Virus record (IMG/VR): IMGVR_UViG_3300023179_000082
Location: 1-64,000 of that record
Direction: 5' to 3' (one strand)
Origin: a virus
Length of the DNA: 64,000 nucleotides
Under the pieces are notes generated by a model, which did not search any database, was not told where the DNA came from, and saw only the letters and a program-made list of their open reading frames with translations. Of the stretch, positions 21,573-32,513 are shown piece by piece (within the stretch, counting starts at the first letter, position 1; each line of letters begins with the position of its first letter). Both the position numbers and the translations under genes were made by a program.

Positions 21573-24500
21573 TTATTGTTGTAACACTGTTGGAGTGAGG
21601 CTAGCCACGATAACTATATCGTTTGCAGTAGCACCATTAACAAAAATTTCATAAGGTGCACAGCGAACTTCGTATAAATCACCAAATTTTTGGTTTGGAT
21701 CTTGTGGTACGACAACAACAGAGTTAATTAAATCACCTAATTCAACATGCAAATAAGCTGTTAATTCACTAAAATAGAAAGTATCACCAAAATTCCATTT
21801 ATCCAAACTAAAATAGCTGTTTAGGGCAGTTAATGTAGCACTGCGTATTTGACTATCGCTAGCTGTTGTAAAAGGACTTTTGATTATTTTAATCGTACCA
21901 CGTAATGCAGGACTTGCTTTTTGTCCAAATAATGGTTTAAATTGTACACTATTGAGCACTACACTATCACTTAACATTTTGTAATTATCAACATCACCAT
22001 AAGCTTGAGTTAGTTGATTGATTGTAGGCACAGGTGGTTCTACCAATACATCAGTTGTATCGTTTAACCAATTAGTATATTCTGTATAATATTGTTGCGT
22101 GACCAAATATAAATCAATAATATTGGTTGTTGCAGGATCAACACGTGTAGTATTATTACTATTATGTCGATATTGGAAAATAATAGCACCACGTCCTGTT
22201 TCCACACTGTATTCATTAGTTACATCACTTAACGATACAGTATTAGTTACATTGTTAAGCACTGTATCATACCAACCTGCTACTGTTTTAATCGTACCAT
22301 TAGTAGCAGTTGTACCTGTTAATGGTGTAGTCAAGCTTGGATCAGTATATAAAGCAAACGTTGTTGATGTATATCCCGTAGTTTTTACATAACGTACACC
22401 GTTGTTCGCACCTGCTCCCGTAATAACCACACGTTGTCCATCAGCAAACGAATGAACCGCAGTGGTAACAACTGCAGGAGTTGCATTAGTAATACTTACT
22501 ATAGTATAGGATACAGGATCATAGTCAGTATAGAAAGTTGTTCCTGCAGGATACAAGTAACGATTGGCAAATACGTCTGCGTAAGTTTCTTGTGCAATCA
22601 CGATGGCACCGTTGGGTACAATTTCTTGACGATATAAACCTAACGCATCGGTAATTGTACGGAAAAATACATACGGATATGGACTTGTTGTTGTATCAGT
22701 AATTAATTCAAAGAAATCAGGATCAATAGGATAGCCTGTATCTGAATCTACACTTGTAATTTCTACAGCGTAATCATCAGTATAACCATCAGTTTGTACA
22801 GGTTGCGCTATAATATCCAAATAATAATCTGTTCCCAATGGTTGAGCAGATTGTAAATTAGAATTAGTGCCTTGAATATTAACAAAATCAGCTATTGTTC
22901 TACCACTTTTGTTATCAAATACTTTTTCAAATGAATCAAAAAAGAACCTAACTTGCTCTACACTACCAAAATAATACTGTAATGTACGATAACGCACAAT
23001 GTATACATTATCTGTACTATTAAAAGTAAAGCTCATAAAGTAACTTGTTGGTACTACTGAACTTGTTGGTATAGGTTGTATAACTTCCCAACGTTCTAAA
23101 TTAGAAGTAATACTATTATCAAAACTTAAAGCAAAATCTTGATGCAATTGTATTAAATTTAAACATTGACGTATAATAGTGTTACTTAATGAAGTATCAA
23201 TCGATGGAATAATGCCTGTTGCTGTGGTTGTTACTGTACCACCACTAGAATAAGCAGTGTAAATGGCTGTATTAACAGGATTTTCTAAAGCAGGATCATT
23301 ATATAGACCAAATGTTGTTGCACCATATCCTGATGCTTTGGCATAGTATGTCTTACCATTAATTTCAGTCATACCTACTACACCCGTAATTACTACTTCT
23401 TGTCCATCAATTAAATAATGTGAGCTGCTAAGGGTAACGACCCCTGGGGTGGCTTGGGTTAATCCCGTTACAGTATAAGTTTCATTCATTGTTTTATCAA
23501 TGATAGCAGTTTGTGGAACATATTCACTAAGGGTAATCGGTCCGCTACCTGTATCTAAATTACCCACACCATAATTACTACCATCACCAATAACTTCTTC
23601 TACCCCAACCCAAATATATGTTTTATCACCTATAGTATAGTTTGGTGTGCGTGTAACAATACGATTATTCTTATCAAAGCATTGTGTATCAGGATCAGGG
23701 CACACAAACTTAATCAAGGTACCTTGAGCAATATATTTTAAATCATAACCGTTAAGTGGACCAACTGTTTGAGGATAATCAGCAGTAGTGCTAATATAGA
23801 AATATCCTGTTACATTGTCACTATTTACTGTGGACAAGTTCCAATATACTTGATAATCACCTGTTACACCTGCAGGAGTGTAATATCCACTATAGCGTGG
23901 ATAATATTCTAGATAATATTGTTGACATTGTGCGCTACTTATAATTTGTTTAAAGTTTTGTGTTAAAAATTCTGTAGCAAAATTAATATTACTTAAACTA
24001 AATGTTGTAGCAGATGTTGGCGCACCTGTTGTTGTATCATCGCCATTTGCTATCCATAATGCACCATCATTAGCAAATACGTTAGTACTACTATATTTTC
24101 CTGTTGGGTCAAGCAAGTCTAAACCACGTGTTACACCAATACTACTGCGATTCAGTGCTTTAGACTTGATAATACTATTATATAAAGTATATGGAAAATT
24201 AGTATAATCTTCGCCATTAACCATACGATTTTGCGTATAGTATCTTGCAGGAGCACGTTCTTTAATGCTGACTAAACTTTCACGTGTTAATGCTGTGTTA
24301 ATTGGGTTTTGTAAGCTTAATGTAAGGGTTAATGTTTCAACACGGTTAGTACGACTTAGGTACCCAATATTTACTGTAATACCTTGTATTTCATTAGGAT
24401 CAATGGTATACTTCAACGCATTACCACTACGAACATATGCTCTAAATGCACCTACGGGAATTTCAGCGAAAACACCATCACCAAATACGTACGTAACTTG

Positions 24501-25508
24501 GTCATTAGCACGTGAGGTCACACTGAAAATAGTTCGTAAACTATTTTCAAGCTGTAGTTGAGAATTAGCATAAATGCTTTCTACTTGAGTCCAAATTTGG
24601 TCAGTATTGCCTTGTGAGTCTAATTTAAATAACCATGTATCTGTATTGTTGATACCTTCAATATTAATAAATTGTATATTATTTTCTACTGCATCAGGAA
24701 AGTTAAAATCTACATTTTGCAATACACCTTGTTTAAAATAAACAAACCATCCTGTGTTAGAACTGCCATATCCTAAGCGATCATTTTGATATAATATATT
24801 AAATGTACCACTTGGTGCGGGTGGTATTTCGTATAGATAATCACGATTTAAACTAGTTACACTGACCACTTCGAAGTTCATATCTACACCATCTACTTGT
24901 GCAACAAATGGAACAATAGGCAAATACCCCCCAGGTATACTTAACGTATACTCGTCTGTTTTTGTACCAAGTAGGGTAGCGGAGTTACCCGGTTTGCCTA
25001 CGTATTGACTACTAATCAGTGCGCTATTAATAATTGAAGTAAATTGTGTTTGCCAATATGGGTTAGCAGGATCATTCCACTGTATAGGTTGATTGGCTAA
25101 TGGTGTGCCATTAATATCACGTATATCTTCAGTAGTTTGTATGGCAGTAACTTTTAGTGTGCCTTGTGCTGTTACATTACGTTTTGGTGTATAACTAACA
25201 AGATTGGCAAGTTTAATAACACTGTCACGTCTTTCTGCGGTATCAATAAAATTTTCACGTGCATTAAGGTCACTACGAAAAGCAAGTGCCTGACCCATAT
25301 ATGCCATCACATCTAGCAGTGCGATAAATTCACTACTTTCTATATAATCATTAAAAGTTTCAGGATAGTAGGTGGTAAGATAATCAATAAAAGTTTTACG
25401 TAAGGTTTCGTAATCGTAGCTAACAAAATCAGCTTCACGATAAGTTTGATATATTTTTTTCCAATCTTGTACACCAAAAAGCGCACTTTGTCTGCTACTA
25501 GATGCCAT
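21573..25508 (-). CDS. gp6: Baseplate wedge subunit, T4 gp6-like
   Basis: N-terminal DYETLR...FNDYIESSEFIALLDVMAY...ENFIDTAERRDSVIKLANLVSYTPKR, plus FGDG and ESLVSIKERAPARYYTQNRMV..EDY, all typical of gp6/baseplate-J proteins. AGGA SD present. Confidence 0.85.
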   Translation of the reverse strand: MASSSRQSALFGVQDWKKIYQTYREADFVSYDYETLRKTFIDYLTTYYPETFNDYIESSEFIALLDVMAYMGQALAFRSDLNARENFIDTAERRDSVIKLANLVSYTPKRNVTAQGTLKVTAIQTTEDIRDINGTPLANQPIQWNDPANPYWQTQFTSIINSALISSQYVGKPGNSATLLGTKTDEYTLSIPGGYLPIVPFVAQVDGVDMNFEVVSVTSLNRDYLYEIPPAPSGTFNILYQNDRLGYGSSNTGWFVYFKQGVLQNVDFNFPDAVENNIQFINIEGINNTDTWLFKLDSQGNTDQIWTQVESIYANSQLQLENSLRTIFSVTSRANDQVTYVFGDGVFAEIPVGAFRAYVRSGNALKYTIDPNEIQGITVNIGYLSRTNRVETLTLTLSLQNPINTALTRESLVSIKERAPARYYTQNRMVNGEDYTNFPYTLYNSIIKSKALNRSSIGVTRGLDLLDPTGKYSSTNVFANDGALWIANGDDTTTGAPTSATTFSLSNINFATEFLTQNFKQIISSAQCQQYYLEYYPRYSGYYTPAGVTGDYQVYWNLSTVNSDNVTGYFYISTTADYPQTVGPLNGYDLKYIAQGTLIKFVCPDPDTQCFDKNNRIVTRTPNYTIGDKTYIWVGVEEVIGDGSNYGVGNLDTGSGPITLSEYVPQTAIIDKTMNETYTVTGLTQATPGVVTLSSSHYLIDGQEVVITGVVGMTEINGKTYYAKASGYGATTFGLYNDPALENPVNTAIYTAYSSGGTVTTTATGIIPSIDTSLSNTIIRQCLNLIQLHQDFALSFDNSITSNLERWEVIQPIPTSSVVPTSYFMSFTFNSTDNVYIVRYRTLQYYFGSVEQVRFFFDSFEKVFDNKSGRTIADFVNIQGTNSNLQSAQPLGTDYYLDIIAQPVQTDGYTDDYAVEITSVDSDTGYPIDPDFFELITDTTTSPYPYVFFRTITDALGLYRQEIVPNGAIVIAQETYADVFANRYLYPAGTTFYTDYDPVSYTIVSITNATPAVVTTAVHSFADGQRVVITGAGANNGVRYVKTTGYTSTTFALYTDPSLTTPLTGTTATNGTIKTVAGWYDTVLNNVTNTVSLSDVTNEYSVETGRGAIIFQYRHNSNNTTRVDPATTNIIDLYLVTQQYYTEYTNWLNDTTDVLVEPPVPTINQLTQAYGDVDNYKMLSDSVVLNSVQFKPLFGQKASPALRGTIKIIKSPFTTASDSQIRSATLTALNSYFSLDKWNFGDTFYFSELTAYLHVELGDLINSVVVVPQDPNQKFGDLYEVRCAPYEIFVNGATANDIVIVASLTPTVLQQ

Positions 25509-25526
25509 ATGTTGTCCTTATATTGA

Positions 25527-25534
25527 TATTTATA
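25527..25534 (-). promoter_or_regulatory. T4-type late promoter TATAAATA
   Basis: Exact consensus upstream of gp6, overlapping the gp25 stop. Confidence 0.7.
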
Positions 25535-25976
25535 CCGTTGTAGCGACCCCTGAATTCCTATCTAAAAGAATTCCCAAATCTAGTGGTGTATTAAATGGTG
25601 TAAAAGCAAGTTCTAGCTCAATCAATACACCATTTTCTTGATTATTCACATAAACAGAATTTAAAATAATTCTTGGATCAGAATTAACAATTCTACGCAC
25701 TTCATTTTCAATTTGACCTAATACGGTTAAATTGTTAGGTTCAAAAACAAAATTCCATAACACTGAACCATAAGCAGGTTGACCAACCTTATCACCTTGT
25801 TTAATATTAAAAGCATTAAGTAAGTCACGAACAACTAAATTTTGATCAGTTAACGTAAATTTTTTAGTAATTGGTACAGGTTTAGAAATACCTGCAACGC
25901 CACCGTCTTTGCCTGGTTCGGTGAGGCGTGTAAGTTGTCCAACCTCTTGTGTTGAAAATCCGTAGTATGTAGCCAT
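25530..25976 (-). CDS. gp25: Baseplate wedge / sheath initiator, gp25-like
   Basis: LLNAFNIKQGDKVGQPAYGSVLWNFVFEP...DPRI fits the GPW/gp25 pattern; lies between gp5 and gp6. Confidence 0.85.
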   Translation of the reverse strand: MATYYGFSTQEVGQLTRLTEPGKDGGVAGISKPVPITKKFTLTDQNLVVRDLLNAFNIKQGDKVGQPAYGSVLWNFVFEPNNLTVLGQIENEVRRIVNSDPRIILNSVYVNNQENGVLIELELAFTPFNTPLDLGILLDRNSGVATTV

Positions 25977-25983
25977 AATATAT

Positions 25984-25991
25984 TATTTATA
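25984..25991 (-). promoter_or_regulatory. T4-type late promoter TATAAATA
   Basis: Exact consensus 7 nt before the gp25 ATG. Confidence 0.7.
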
Positions 25992-25998
25992 ACCTATT

Positions 25999-28900
25999 TT
26001 ACACAACATTTTGATCACTTGTCTCACCTGCTTCACCTTTTAACAATGCTGCATATGCTGCTTCAGCCGCTTCTTGACTTTTAAGTCTTGAATCTGCCTT
26101 TTCTACCCACAGTTTCAATAATCTTAAATAAGCGTCTTTATTAATTTTTCCTTCTTCATAATTCTGACTAATCTTTTGTCTATATAAAAGAAGTTCTTTA
26201 GTTTTTGCTGTTTCTTCTTGTACCTTTTGATATGCTTGCTCTAATGCTGATAATTGCTCATTTGGTTCTTCTTGTTTATTTTCTTCGGGTGTGAATACAG
26301 GAGCAGGTATACTTGAATCACCTACTAAACTACCTGCTTTTGCAACAATAGCATTATTATTAAACGTACCTGTGGCAATTGTTGGTATTTTAAAAGCACC
26401 TGCACTTGTTCCCAATGCTCCTAATCCTGCGTTAAGTTTTCCTGTTATACCACCTACTGACTTTGTTAAATCACCTTTTACAACATCTAAGCTAATATTA
26501 GGAGCAGAAAGTGCGTTTGGTAATGACGCTAAACCACCTGCTGCTTTTGTCAACGAACCACTTACCGCACCTGATAATGAATTAACTAACCCCGCAGCAG
26601 GTGATGAACCTTGTAATAATCCACTTAATGAACCTGCTGCACCACCTAACCCAAGTGTTGAACCAATTTGTGCAAGTGGGTTAGCGGTGGCGGTGCCTGG
26701 GATAGCGTTTTTCACTGTGTTTACCATAGCTCCGATGCCGCCTGGGAGGGCGTTAAGACCACTTGTTGCGCTTGTAGCTACTTCTCCTATACCACCTGTA
26801 ATTTTATTTGCTAATCCTTGCATATTTTGTGCGTTAATTACACCACCTGCTGCACTTGGTAAACCTGTTGCTGCTCCTGCAACAATACCTTTGGCATCTT
26901 TTTCTAATTCTTGATTAGCTTGTTTTAATTTTTGTAATGCTGCATCCCATGCTGCTTTATTATCATCAGTTTTATCAGCAAAGTAAGTATTCGATGCTTC
27001 TTTAACTTCTTTTTCTAACTGCGCAATATTGGCAAACTTTTTGACAACATCACTTTGTGGTAATACAGGATTTCCACCACCACCGACATTAGGTATATTT
27101 GCTTTGAAACTTGTAAATGATGACTCAATACCACGGAATGCTTGTTCAGACAATGACACTAACTGCCCTGCTTTACCTTGAATTGAACCTAACAAACCGC
27201 TTACTGCACCACCTATCGCACCTGCAGCTCCGCTTAAAGCACCTGCTGCGCCACCTAATGCACCTGTTGCTCCACTTAAAGCACCACCTAATGCACCTGC
27301 TACACCACCTAACGCACCTCCTAGTGCACCAACCGCACCACTAATTGCACTACCTGCAGCAGTTATTGCACCATTAATTGCTCCACCAATACTAGCAGCA
27401 ACACCTGCGCCACCACTTGATAATTTGTCAGCTAAACCACCTGCAAAGTTTCCACTTGCTAAATCATTACCAATTTTAGCAACAGCTTGTGCATTACCAC
27501 CTAATGCTTGGGTTACAGTGCTTATACCTTGATTTGCAACAGCCATTGCCATACCTGCCATTTGTGTTGGTGCAAGGTTTGGTGTCAATGCACCCGTTGA
27601 TTGTAATTGTTGTACACCTTGATTAACATTTTGTACAAATGCACTAGCTTGCGCTCCAACATTGTTTAATAATTGCTGTGGCGTGGAAGCACCTAATACA
27701 CCTGTTAATAAATTAGAACTGATTGCTTTATCAGGTGGTAATCCTGCTTGTAACGCTCTGTTAACGATAACGTCAGCGCCTGGCTTCATGAGACCTGCGT
27801 TCATCATTTGTGTTACGGTAGATACACCTGCACCAACCACGCCTTGTGCTGTGGCTGCAGCAGTACTTAAACCTGCATTGTTTACTGCATTTTGTGATAC
27901 CATAGCCAATGTAGTAGGTGTTGGCAAAGCATTCTTAGATGGTATAGGCACATTAGCATTAGCTGCTGTTACTGATGTTGATACAGGAGTGGTAGGGGCA
28001 CTAGGCGCAGAATCTAACACTGCTTGTGTGGCAGCAGGTGGTTGTGGTGGTGCTAATGGTGCAACTAAATTAGCCTGTACAGGTACCCCACCTGTTGAAC
28101 CATTGGTCTCTGCCATAGGATAGTGTGTTGGAGCACGTGTTACAATACTTTGTAATTTTAGTGGTGAACTAAACCAACCTTTTTCTTGTGAATAAGTTGT
28201 ATCATTATGATTTTTAGGTTCATTTTTTGGCACTTCTTCAGGTATAGTTCCTGTAGCACCTGTGTTTAAGTTTATTTTTGGTCCACCATTAATAAAGGTA
28301 GTTGCCTTACTTGCAAAACTTGCATCACCGCCACTTTGCAAACTCATTGCTCCACCAACAAATGTAGTATGTTTACCACCTGCACTAACCGCATGATCAG
28401 TGCCTACACGTTGAGTAAATGTTGTATCACTTTCTATACCAATGCTTTCTGCTTTGATTCGTAATTCTTTTTTTGCATTGATATTAATATTTTGATCAGC
28501 ATGAAAGTTAATATCTCCCAATGTTCTAACATTAAAACTATTAGTAGAAAATAAATCAATAGCACCTTCACTGTTTAATTCAATCCAACTTTGCCCATTA
28601 CTATGAATGATAAACAATGTTTGTCCATCATCACTCATTGTAATTTGATGACCTGCTGCACTACGTAACCTGATTTGCTGATTCTTTCCGTCAATAGTAC
28701 CATCATCCATGACAAGTGAATGACCACCTGTACGACCTATAACTTTAAATTTTTTAGGATTTTTTTCGTTTTGAATAGCTTGTTTGATTGTTCTATTATT
28801 AAAACCACCTTCGTAGATTTCGCCGCCTGGGGTGCTGATGCCAAACACTCTACTTGGTGTTTCACGATATGAACTACTACTAATCACACCACGTGTTGTA

Positions 28901-29508
28901 TCACGTATTAAACCTTGTTGCGCCAAAATAGCTGCTTGATAACTATGTACAGGACGTGGTTGATCGTAAAAAGTAGAACTATTATTGACACCATCGTTAT
29001 TAGTATTGATTTCACTTGTTGGTAATGCATCTGCTGCACCATAGGCATTAGCCTCTGTAGCATTTGGTATAAACCTCTTGTTCCCAGGCGCCACCGCAGG
29101 AACCATATTATGTGATTCTATTTTTGGTATACATCCTATATAATAACCTTGATTAATAGAACCATTAACAAATACACAAATTACTTCAGTGCCAATATCA
29201 GGTGGTGTAGCCCAAAAACCATAACTTTGTGGATTATTTTTAAAATCACCATAAGAATCACCTGCACTGCTACTATCTAATACACCATAAAATGGACTCA
29301 TATAACGTACAGGAATCCAATATGCATTATCTTCGGGGTTATTACTTTGTTGTAATCCTGCTATCCATACTTGAATAATACCACTATGACATGCATCAAT
29401 GGTTGATTTAACAATGCCAATACGTGGTTCTGTAATTAAAAACGCATTACCACGATCAGTTTTAAGTTGGTCAGGTACTCCTGTTGATTTTTGTATATTG
29501 TTTGCCAT
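25999..29508 (-). CDS. gp5: Baseplate central spike, gp5/VgrG-like, with long Ala/Gly-rich C-terminal extension
   Basis: OB-fold pattern (GIVK..D...GIIQVWI...W...PPDIGTEVICVFVNG..NQGYYIG), then GHSLVMDD...IRLRSAAGHQI and beta-helix repeats ending INLN. No lysozyme domain is visible. Confidence 0.75.
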   Translation of the reverse strand: MANNIQKSTGVPDQLKTDRGNAFLITEPRIGIVKSTIDACHSGIIQVWIAGLQQSNNPEDNAYWIPVRYMSPFYGVLDSSSAGDSYGDFKNNPQSYGFWATPPDIGTEVICVFVNGSINQGYYIGCIPKIESHNMVPAVAPGNKRFIPNATEANAYGAADALPTSEINTNNDGVNNSSTFYDQPRPVHSYQAAILAQQGLIRDTTRGVISSSSYRETPSRVFGISTPGGEIYEGGFNNRTIKQAIQNEKNPKKFKVIGRTGGHSLVMDDGTIDGKNQQIRLRSAAGHQITMSDDGQTLFIIHSNGQSWIELNSEGAIDLFSTNSFNVRTLGDINFHADQNININAKKELRIKAESIGIESDTTFTQRVGTDHAVSAGGKHTTFVGGAMSLQSGGDASFASKATTFINGGPKINLNTGATGTIPEEVPKNEPKNHNDTTYSQEKGWFSSPLKLQSIVTRAPTHYPMAETNGSTGGVPVQANLVAPLAPPQPPAATQAVLDSAPSAPTTPVSTSVTAANANVPIPSKNALPTPTTLAMVSQNAVNNAGLSTAAATAQGVVGAGVSTVTQMMNAGLMKPGADVIVNRALQAGLPPDKAISSNLLTGVLGASTPQQLLNNVGAQASAFVQNVNQGVQQLQSTGALTPNLAPTQMAGMAMAVANQGISTVTQALGGNAQAVAKIGNDLASGNFAGGLADKLSSGGAGVAASIGGAINGAITAAGSAISGAVGALGGALGGVAGALGGALSGATGALGGAAGALSGAAGAIGGAVSGLLGSIQGKAGQLVSLSEQAFRGIESSFTSFKANIPNVGGGGNPVLPQSDVVKKFANIAQLEKEVKEASNTYFADKTDDNKAAWDAALQKLKQANQELEKDAKGIVAGAATGLPSAAGGVINAQNMQGLANKITGGIGEVATSATSGLNALPGGIGAMVNTVKNAIPGTATANPLAQIGSTLGLGGAAGSLSGLLQGSSPAAGLVNSLSGAVSGSLTKAAGGLASLPNALSAPNISLDVVKGDLTKSVGGITGKLNAGLGALGTSAGAFKIPTIATGTFNNNAIVAKAGSLVGDSSIPAPVFTPEENKQEEPNEQLSALEQAYQKVQEETAKTKELLLYRQKISQNYEEGKINKDAYLRLLKLWVEKADSRLKSQEAAEAAYAALLKGEAGETSDQNVV

Positions 29509-29517
29509 AACTTACCT

Positions 29518-32214
29518 CTAAATTGGTGGAGGTTCCTCTCGTGTACTATCAGGTGGTGGAATTCTTGCTAGTAGTCTTGCATTTTCATTTCTATTATCAT
29601 TATCATCGTTATTAGTTTGATTAATTATAGCAGGTGTATGTTCAGTAGAATCATCATATGGTGGTTGACTGCCACCTTGTGGTGCAACGGTTAAATCACC
29701 TGCACGATTGTTTTGATTATTTTGCTGAGCAACAGTTGCAGTTTCACGTGGATTTTCTCCACTTTTTTGTCCACCACTTTGTTTTCTTCGGTTGAAGAAG
29801 GCACCTGGGTCGATAAGGACTCCTGCTAATTCCTGTGTAAAACGTCCACGTGAAAATGAACTAGTCACTGTGGTTAACATATATATAAGTGATTTATTTT
29901 CTGCTGCTTCTTCACTGAATAATTTTGGGCTATAAAAGCTTACACTTTGATTAATACCTAGTAAACCATTTTCTTCTTTGTAATTAATAACTCTAGTATT
30001 TGGGTCAATTGTTGCATTATAATCTACAGGTTCTTTAAATGTAATTTCAATAAACACTTCACCACCATTAGGATTAATGGTAAAACCATCATACCCATAT
30101 ATACTAAAAGCTTTATAAAAATTAGTATTCAGTGTATTCATTCCTACACTTTGTGTAAGATAATCAGGGTCACCTAAAATAGTTGCCTTAAATTGTGCTT
30201 GATCTTTTGGACTGTACAAGAAATTTTGTACTTGAGAGGCTTGTGTACCTGCAATACCTCCACCGCTGCTATCAATCGCTTGTGGCGGTCCACCCACCGC
30301 AGCTATAGGTGCATTACCATTACCATCAGATACAGTTTTATTATCACCTGAAATTTGAGCAAATAACAAATAATATAATCCATTATAAGTTTGTTCGTAG
30401 TTAATAATTTCACTATTTTGCCCTGTGAACCAATATTCATAACGCTTATGCGGACCAGGATACTCCGCACGTGACCCTACATAAGGTGAACGCAAGTATG
30501 GTATTTTATATTGGTGGACTTGATACGTTAGTTTATATGCCCAATCTTTACGTTGTTCATCCCAACCATATGGTTCAACAAGTGGATTGATATGATACCA
30601 ATTTAATTCTTTAGAAGCAGGTTTAGGATCAGTCTCACCCTCAGGTTCAGCAGGATTATTAACTTGATTCAATGCTGCTAAAACATATTCACTTTGTGCA
30701 ATAATTTTATCAATAGCTGATAATATTGGTTGTGGTGTAATAGGTATATTAGTTTCCGTTGATAATGCTACCGCTTTTGCTGCTTGCTGTGGATTGTTTT
30801 GTACGGTGCTTGTTACAGGTGATGTAACAGTATTGGATTTGTCTTGTTTAGCATTATTTAATTTTGACGTAGGTATGATACTATCTTGTTCAAACTTAAT
30901 TTCATACTTGTCAGCTAGTTTATACAAATTACTTTTTACTGTATCTTCTTGTATTTTATTTAATTGTGCAATTAATCCATCATTACCTGTTAGTGCTGCT
31001 TGTACATTACCACCTTTACATGTAATTTGAGTTGATACTAAACCACGTTTTGTTCCATATGCTTCAGACATAGGCACAGGTGCTGCTTTAATATTGTATA
31101 CAGTTGCTTTACCATCTAGCTTAAACTTGAATTCTGTAATTTTAATTAGGTAATAACGTTTAAAAACAGCATTTGGGTTACCACCCATAGTATCTTTTGA
31201 TGAAAACTTAGTTGCATCAATTAATGTTCCATTTTCATCATATCCATAAAACCTAATGGCTAAAACAAAATGTTGGTCAAGAGGTAATGGTGTTTTCTTT
31301 GGGTCACGATTGTTTAAAATTTTACTATTCTTGTATAGAGTATTTGCTGCCATGACTAATTGTGTTGCCAAACCAAAGCTATTAGGTTCTATAATTTTAA
31401 ACTCAAAGTTCATACCGCTTGCAGGACCGCCTGGGATGCGGAGGGCTGTCTTAAAAGATAAATCATCAATGTAGTAATCAAAATACATACCAGGTGGTCT
31501 ATACTTTTGATCTCCAACCCCACCGCTTTGCGCTATAACATATGCTTGTGGTTGACCACCTGCACCTTGTGGCAAAAATGTATTAATATTTGTATAATTA
31601 GAATCGTTTAAACTTGAAATAGCATCAGGGTTGACCATATACCAAGTAATTTGATAGGTATAACTTGACAATTGTGATAGTGGATTAAACACCCTGCGCC
31701 CAGGAATCGTATCATCATTTGGTTTTTGTGATTTTACAGTAACTGATTCTTTAATCGTTGGGGTATCAGGTGATATACCACCACGCATATCATCTGTTAC
31801 TTCAGAAGCAGTTTCAGAGGCAGCAGCAGATTGACTAGTATCATTAGGTGTGTTATCATCTTTTGCGCCTGTATATGTTTCATTTTGTGATTCAGTTTCG
31901 TTTGCACTATTAGTTGATGCTGCAGGTAAAGGTTCTCCTTGAACAGGTTTAGGCTCTGCTGCAGGTGGTTTTTCTTCTTCAGGTTTTTTTTGTAATGCGG
32001 AAACAACCTCAGGTATATTAGCAGCAGTTGCTTCTAATTGATCTTGTACCGCTGATGCTGCAGGAACACCTTTAATACCACCTAAAAAAGAGCTTGGTGT
32101 AAATGAATCAATTGATCCAAGGTCAATACCTGAACCTCTTATTCCACCACCTTTGACAATTACTCTATTGCTAGGTGACAGAAAAAATGTAAAACCGTTT
32201 ACTGTTATTTCCAT
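29518..32214 (-). CDS. Baseplate hub protein (gp27-like position)
   Basis: 898 aa between gp53 and gp5. C-terminal TILGDP and Y...TVTSSFSRGRFTQEL resemble hub proteins; acidic low-complexity linkers. Confidence 0.55.
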   Translation of the reverse strand: MEITVNGFTFFLSPSNRVIVKGGGIRGSGIDLGSIDSFTPSSFLGGIKGVPAASAVQDQLEATAANIPEVVSALQKKPEEEKPPAAEPKPVQGEPLPAASTNSANETESQNETYTGAKDDNTPNDTSQSAAASETASEVTDDMRGGISPDTPTIKESVTVKSQKPNDDTIPGRRVFNPLSQLSSYTYQITWYMVNPDAISSLNDSNYTNINTFLPQGAGGQPQAYVIAQSGGVGDQKYRPPGMYFDYYIDDLSFKTALRIPGGPASGMNFEFKIIEPNSFGLATQLVMAANTLYKNSKILNNRDPKKTPLPLDQHFVLAIRFYGYDENGTLIDATKFSSKDTMGGNPNAVFKRYYLIKITEFKFKLDGKATVYNIKAAPVPMSEAYGTKRGLVSTQITCKGGNVQAALTGNDGLIAQLNKIQEDTVKSNLYKLADKYEIKFEQDSIIPTSKLNNAKQDKSNTVTSPVTSTVQNNPQQAAKAVALSTETNIPITPQPILSAIDKIIAQSEYVLAALNQVNNPAEPEGETDPKPASKELNWYHINPLVEPYGWDEQRKDWAYKLTYQVHQYKIPYLRSPYVGSRAEYPGPHKRYEYWFTGQNSEIINYEQTYNGLYYLLFAQISGDNKTVSDGNGNAPIAAVGGPPQAIDSSGGGIAGTQASQVQNFLYSPKDQAQFKATILGDPDYLTQSVGMNTLNTNFYKAFSIYGYDGFTINPNGGEVFIEITFKEPVDYNATIDPNTRVINYKEENGLLGINQSVSFYSPKLFSEEAAENKSLIYMLTTVTSSFSRGRFTQELAGVLIDPGAFFNRRKQSGGQKSGENPRETATVAQQNNQNNRAGDLTVAPQGGSQPPYDDSTEHTPAIINQTNNDDNDNRNENARLLARIPPPDSTREEPPPI

Positions 32215-32513
32215 TATAGTCCTAACACTGCTTTTAATGTTTCTGCTTTAGGTAGATATATTCTAGTTCCTTGAACAAAATCAAAAAGCGGGTCTACTAA
32301 AGTATTTGGGTTACGTTGTGCAAATACCCACCATAATTTTGATTCATCATATAAATCATATGCTAGTAAATCAGGGCGCAAATGATAAGTTGGCGTAATT
32401 TGCCAATATACATCACCTGTATTAATAGGTATTGGACGATTAGTCATTACGTCCAAGTAAGCACTATTGACCACATTAGTCAAATAGTAAGGACTTGTTG
32501 ATGGGTATTTCAT
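32214..32513 (-). CDS. gp53: Baseplate wedge subunit, gp53/LysM-like
   Basis: RPDLLAYDLYDESKLWWVFAQRN..L.DP...GTRIYLP is the gp53/tail-X LysM signature. Confidence 0.8.
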   Translation of the reverse strand: MKYPSTSPYYLTNVVNSAYLDVMTNRPIPINTGDVYWQITPTYHLRPDLLAYDLYDESKLWWVFAQRNPNTLVDPLFDFVQGTRIYLPKAETLKAVLGL

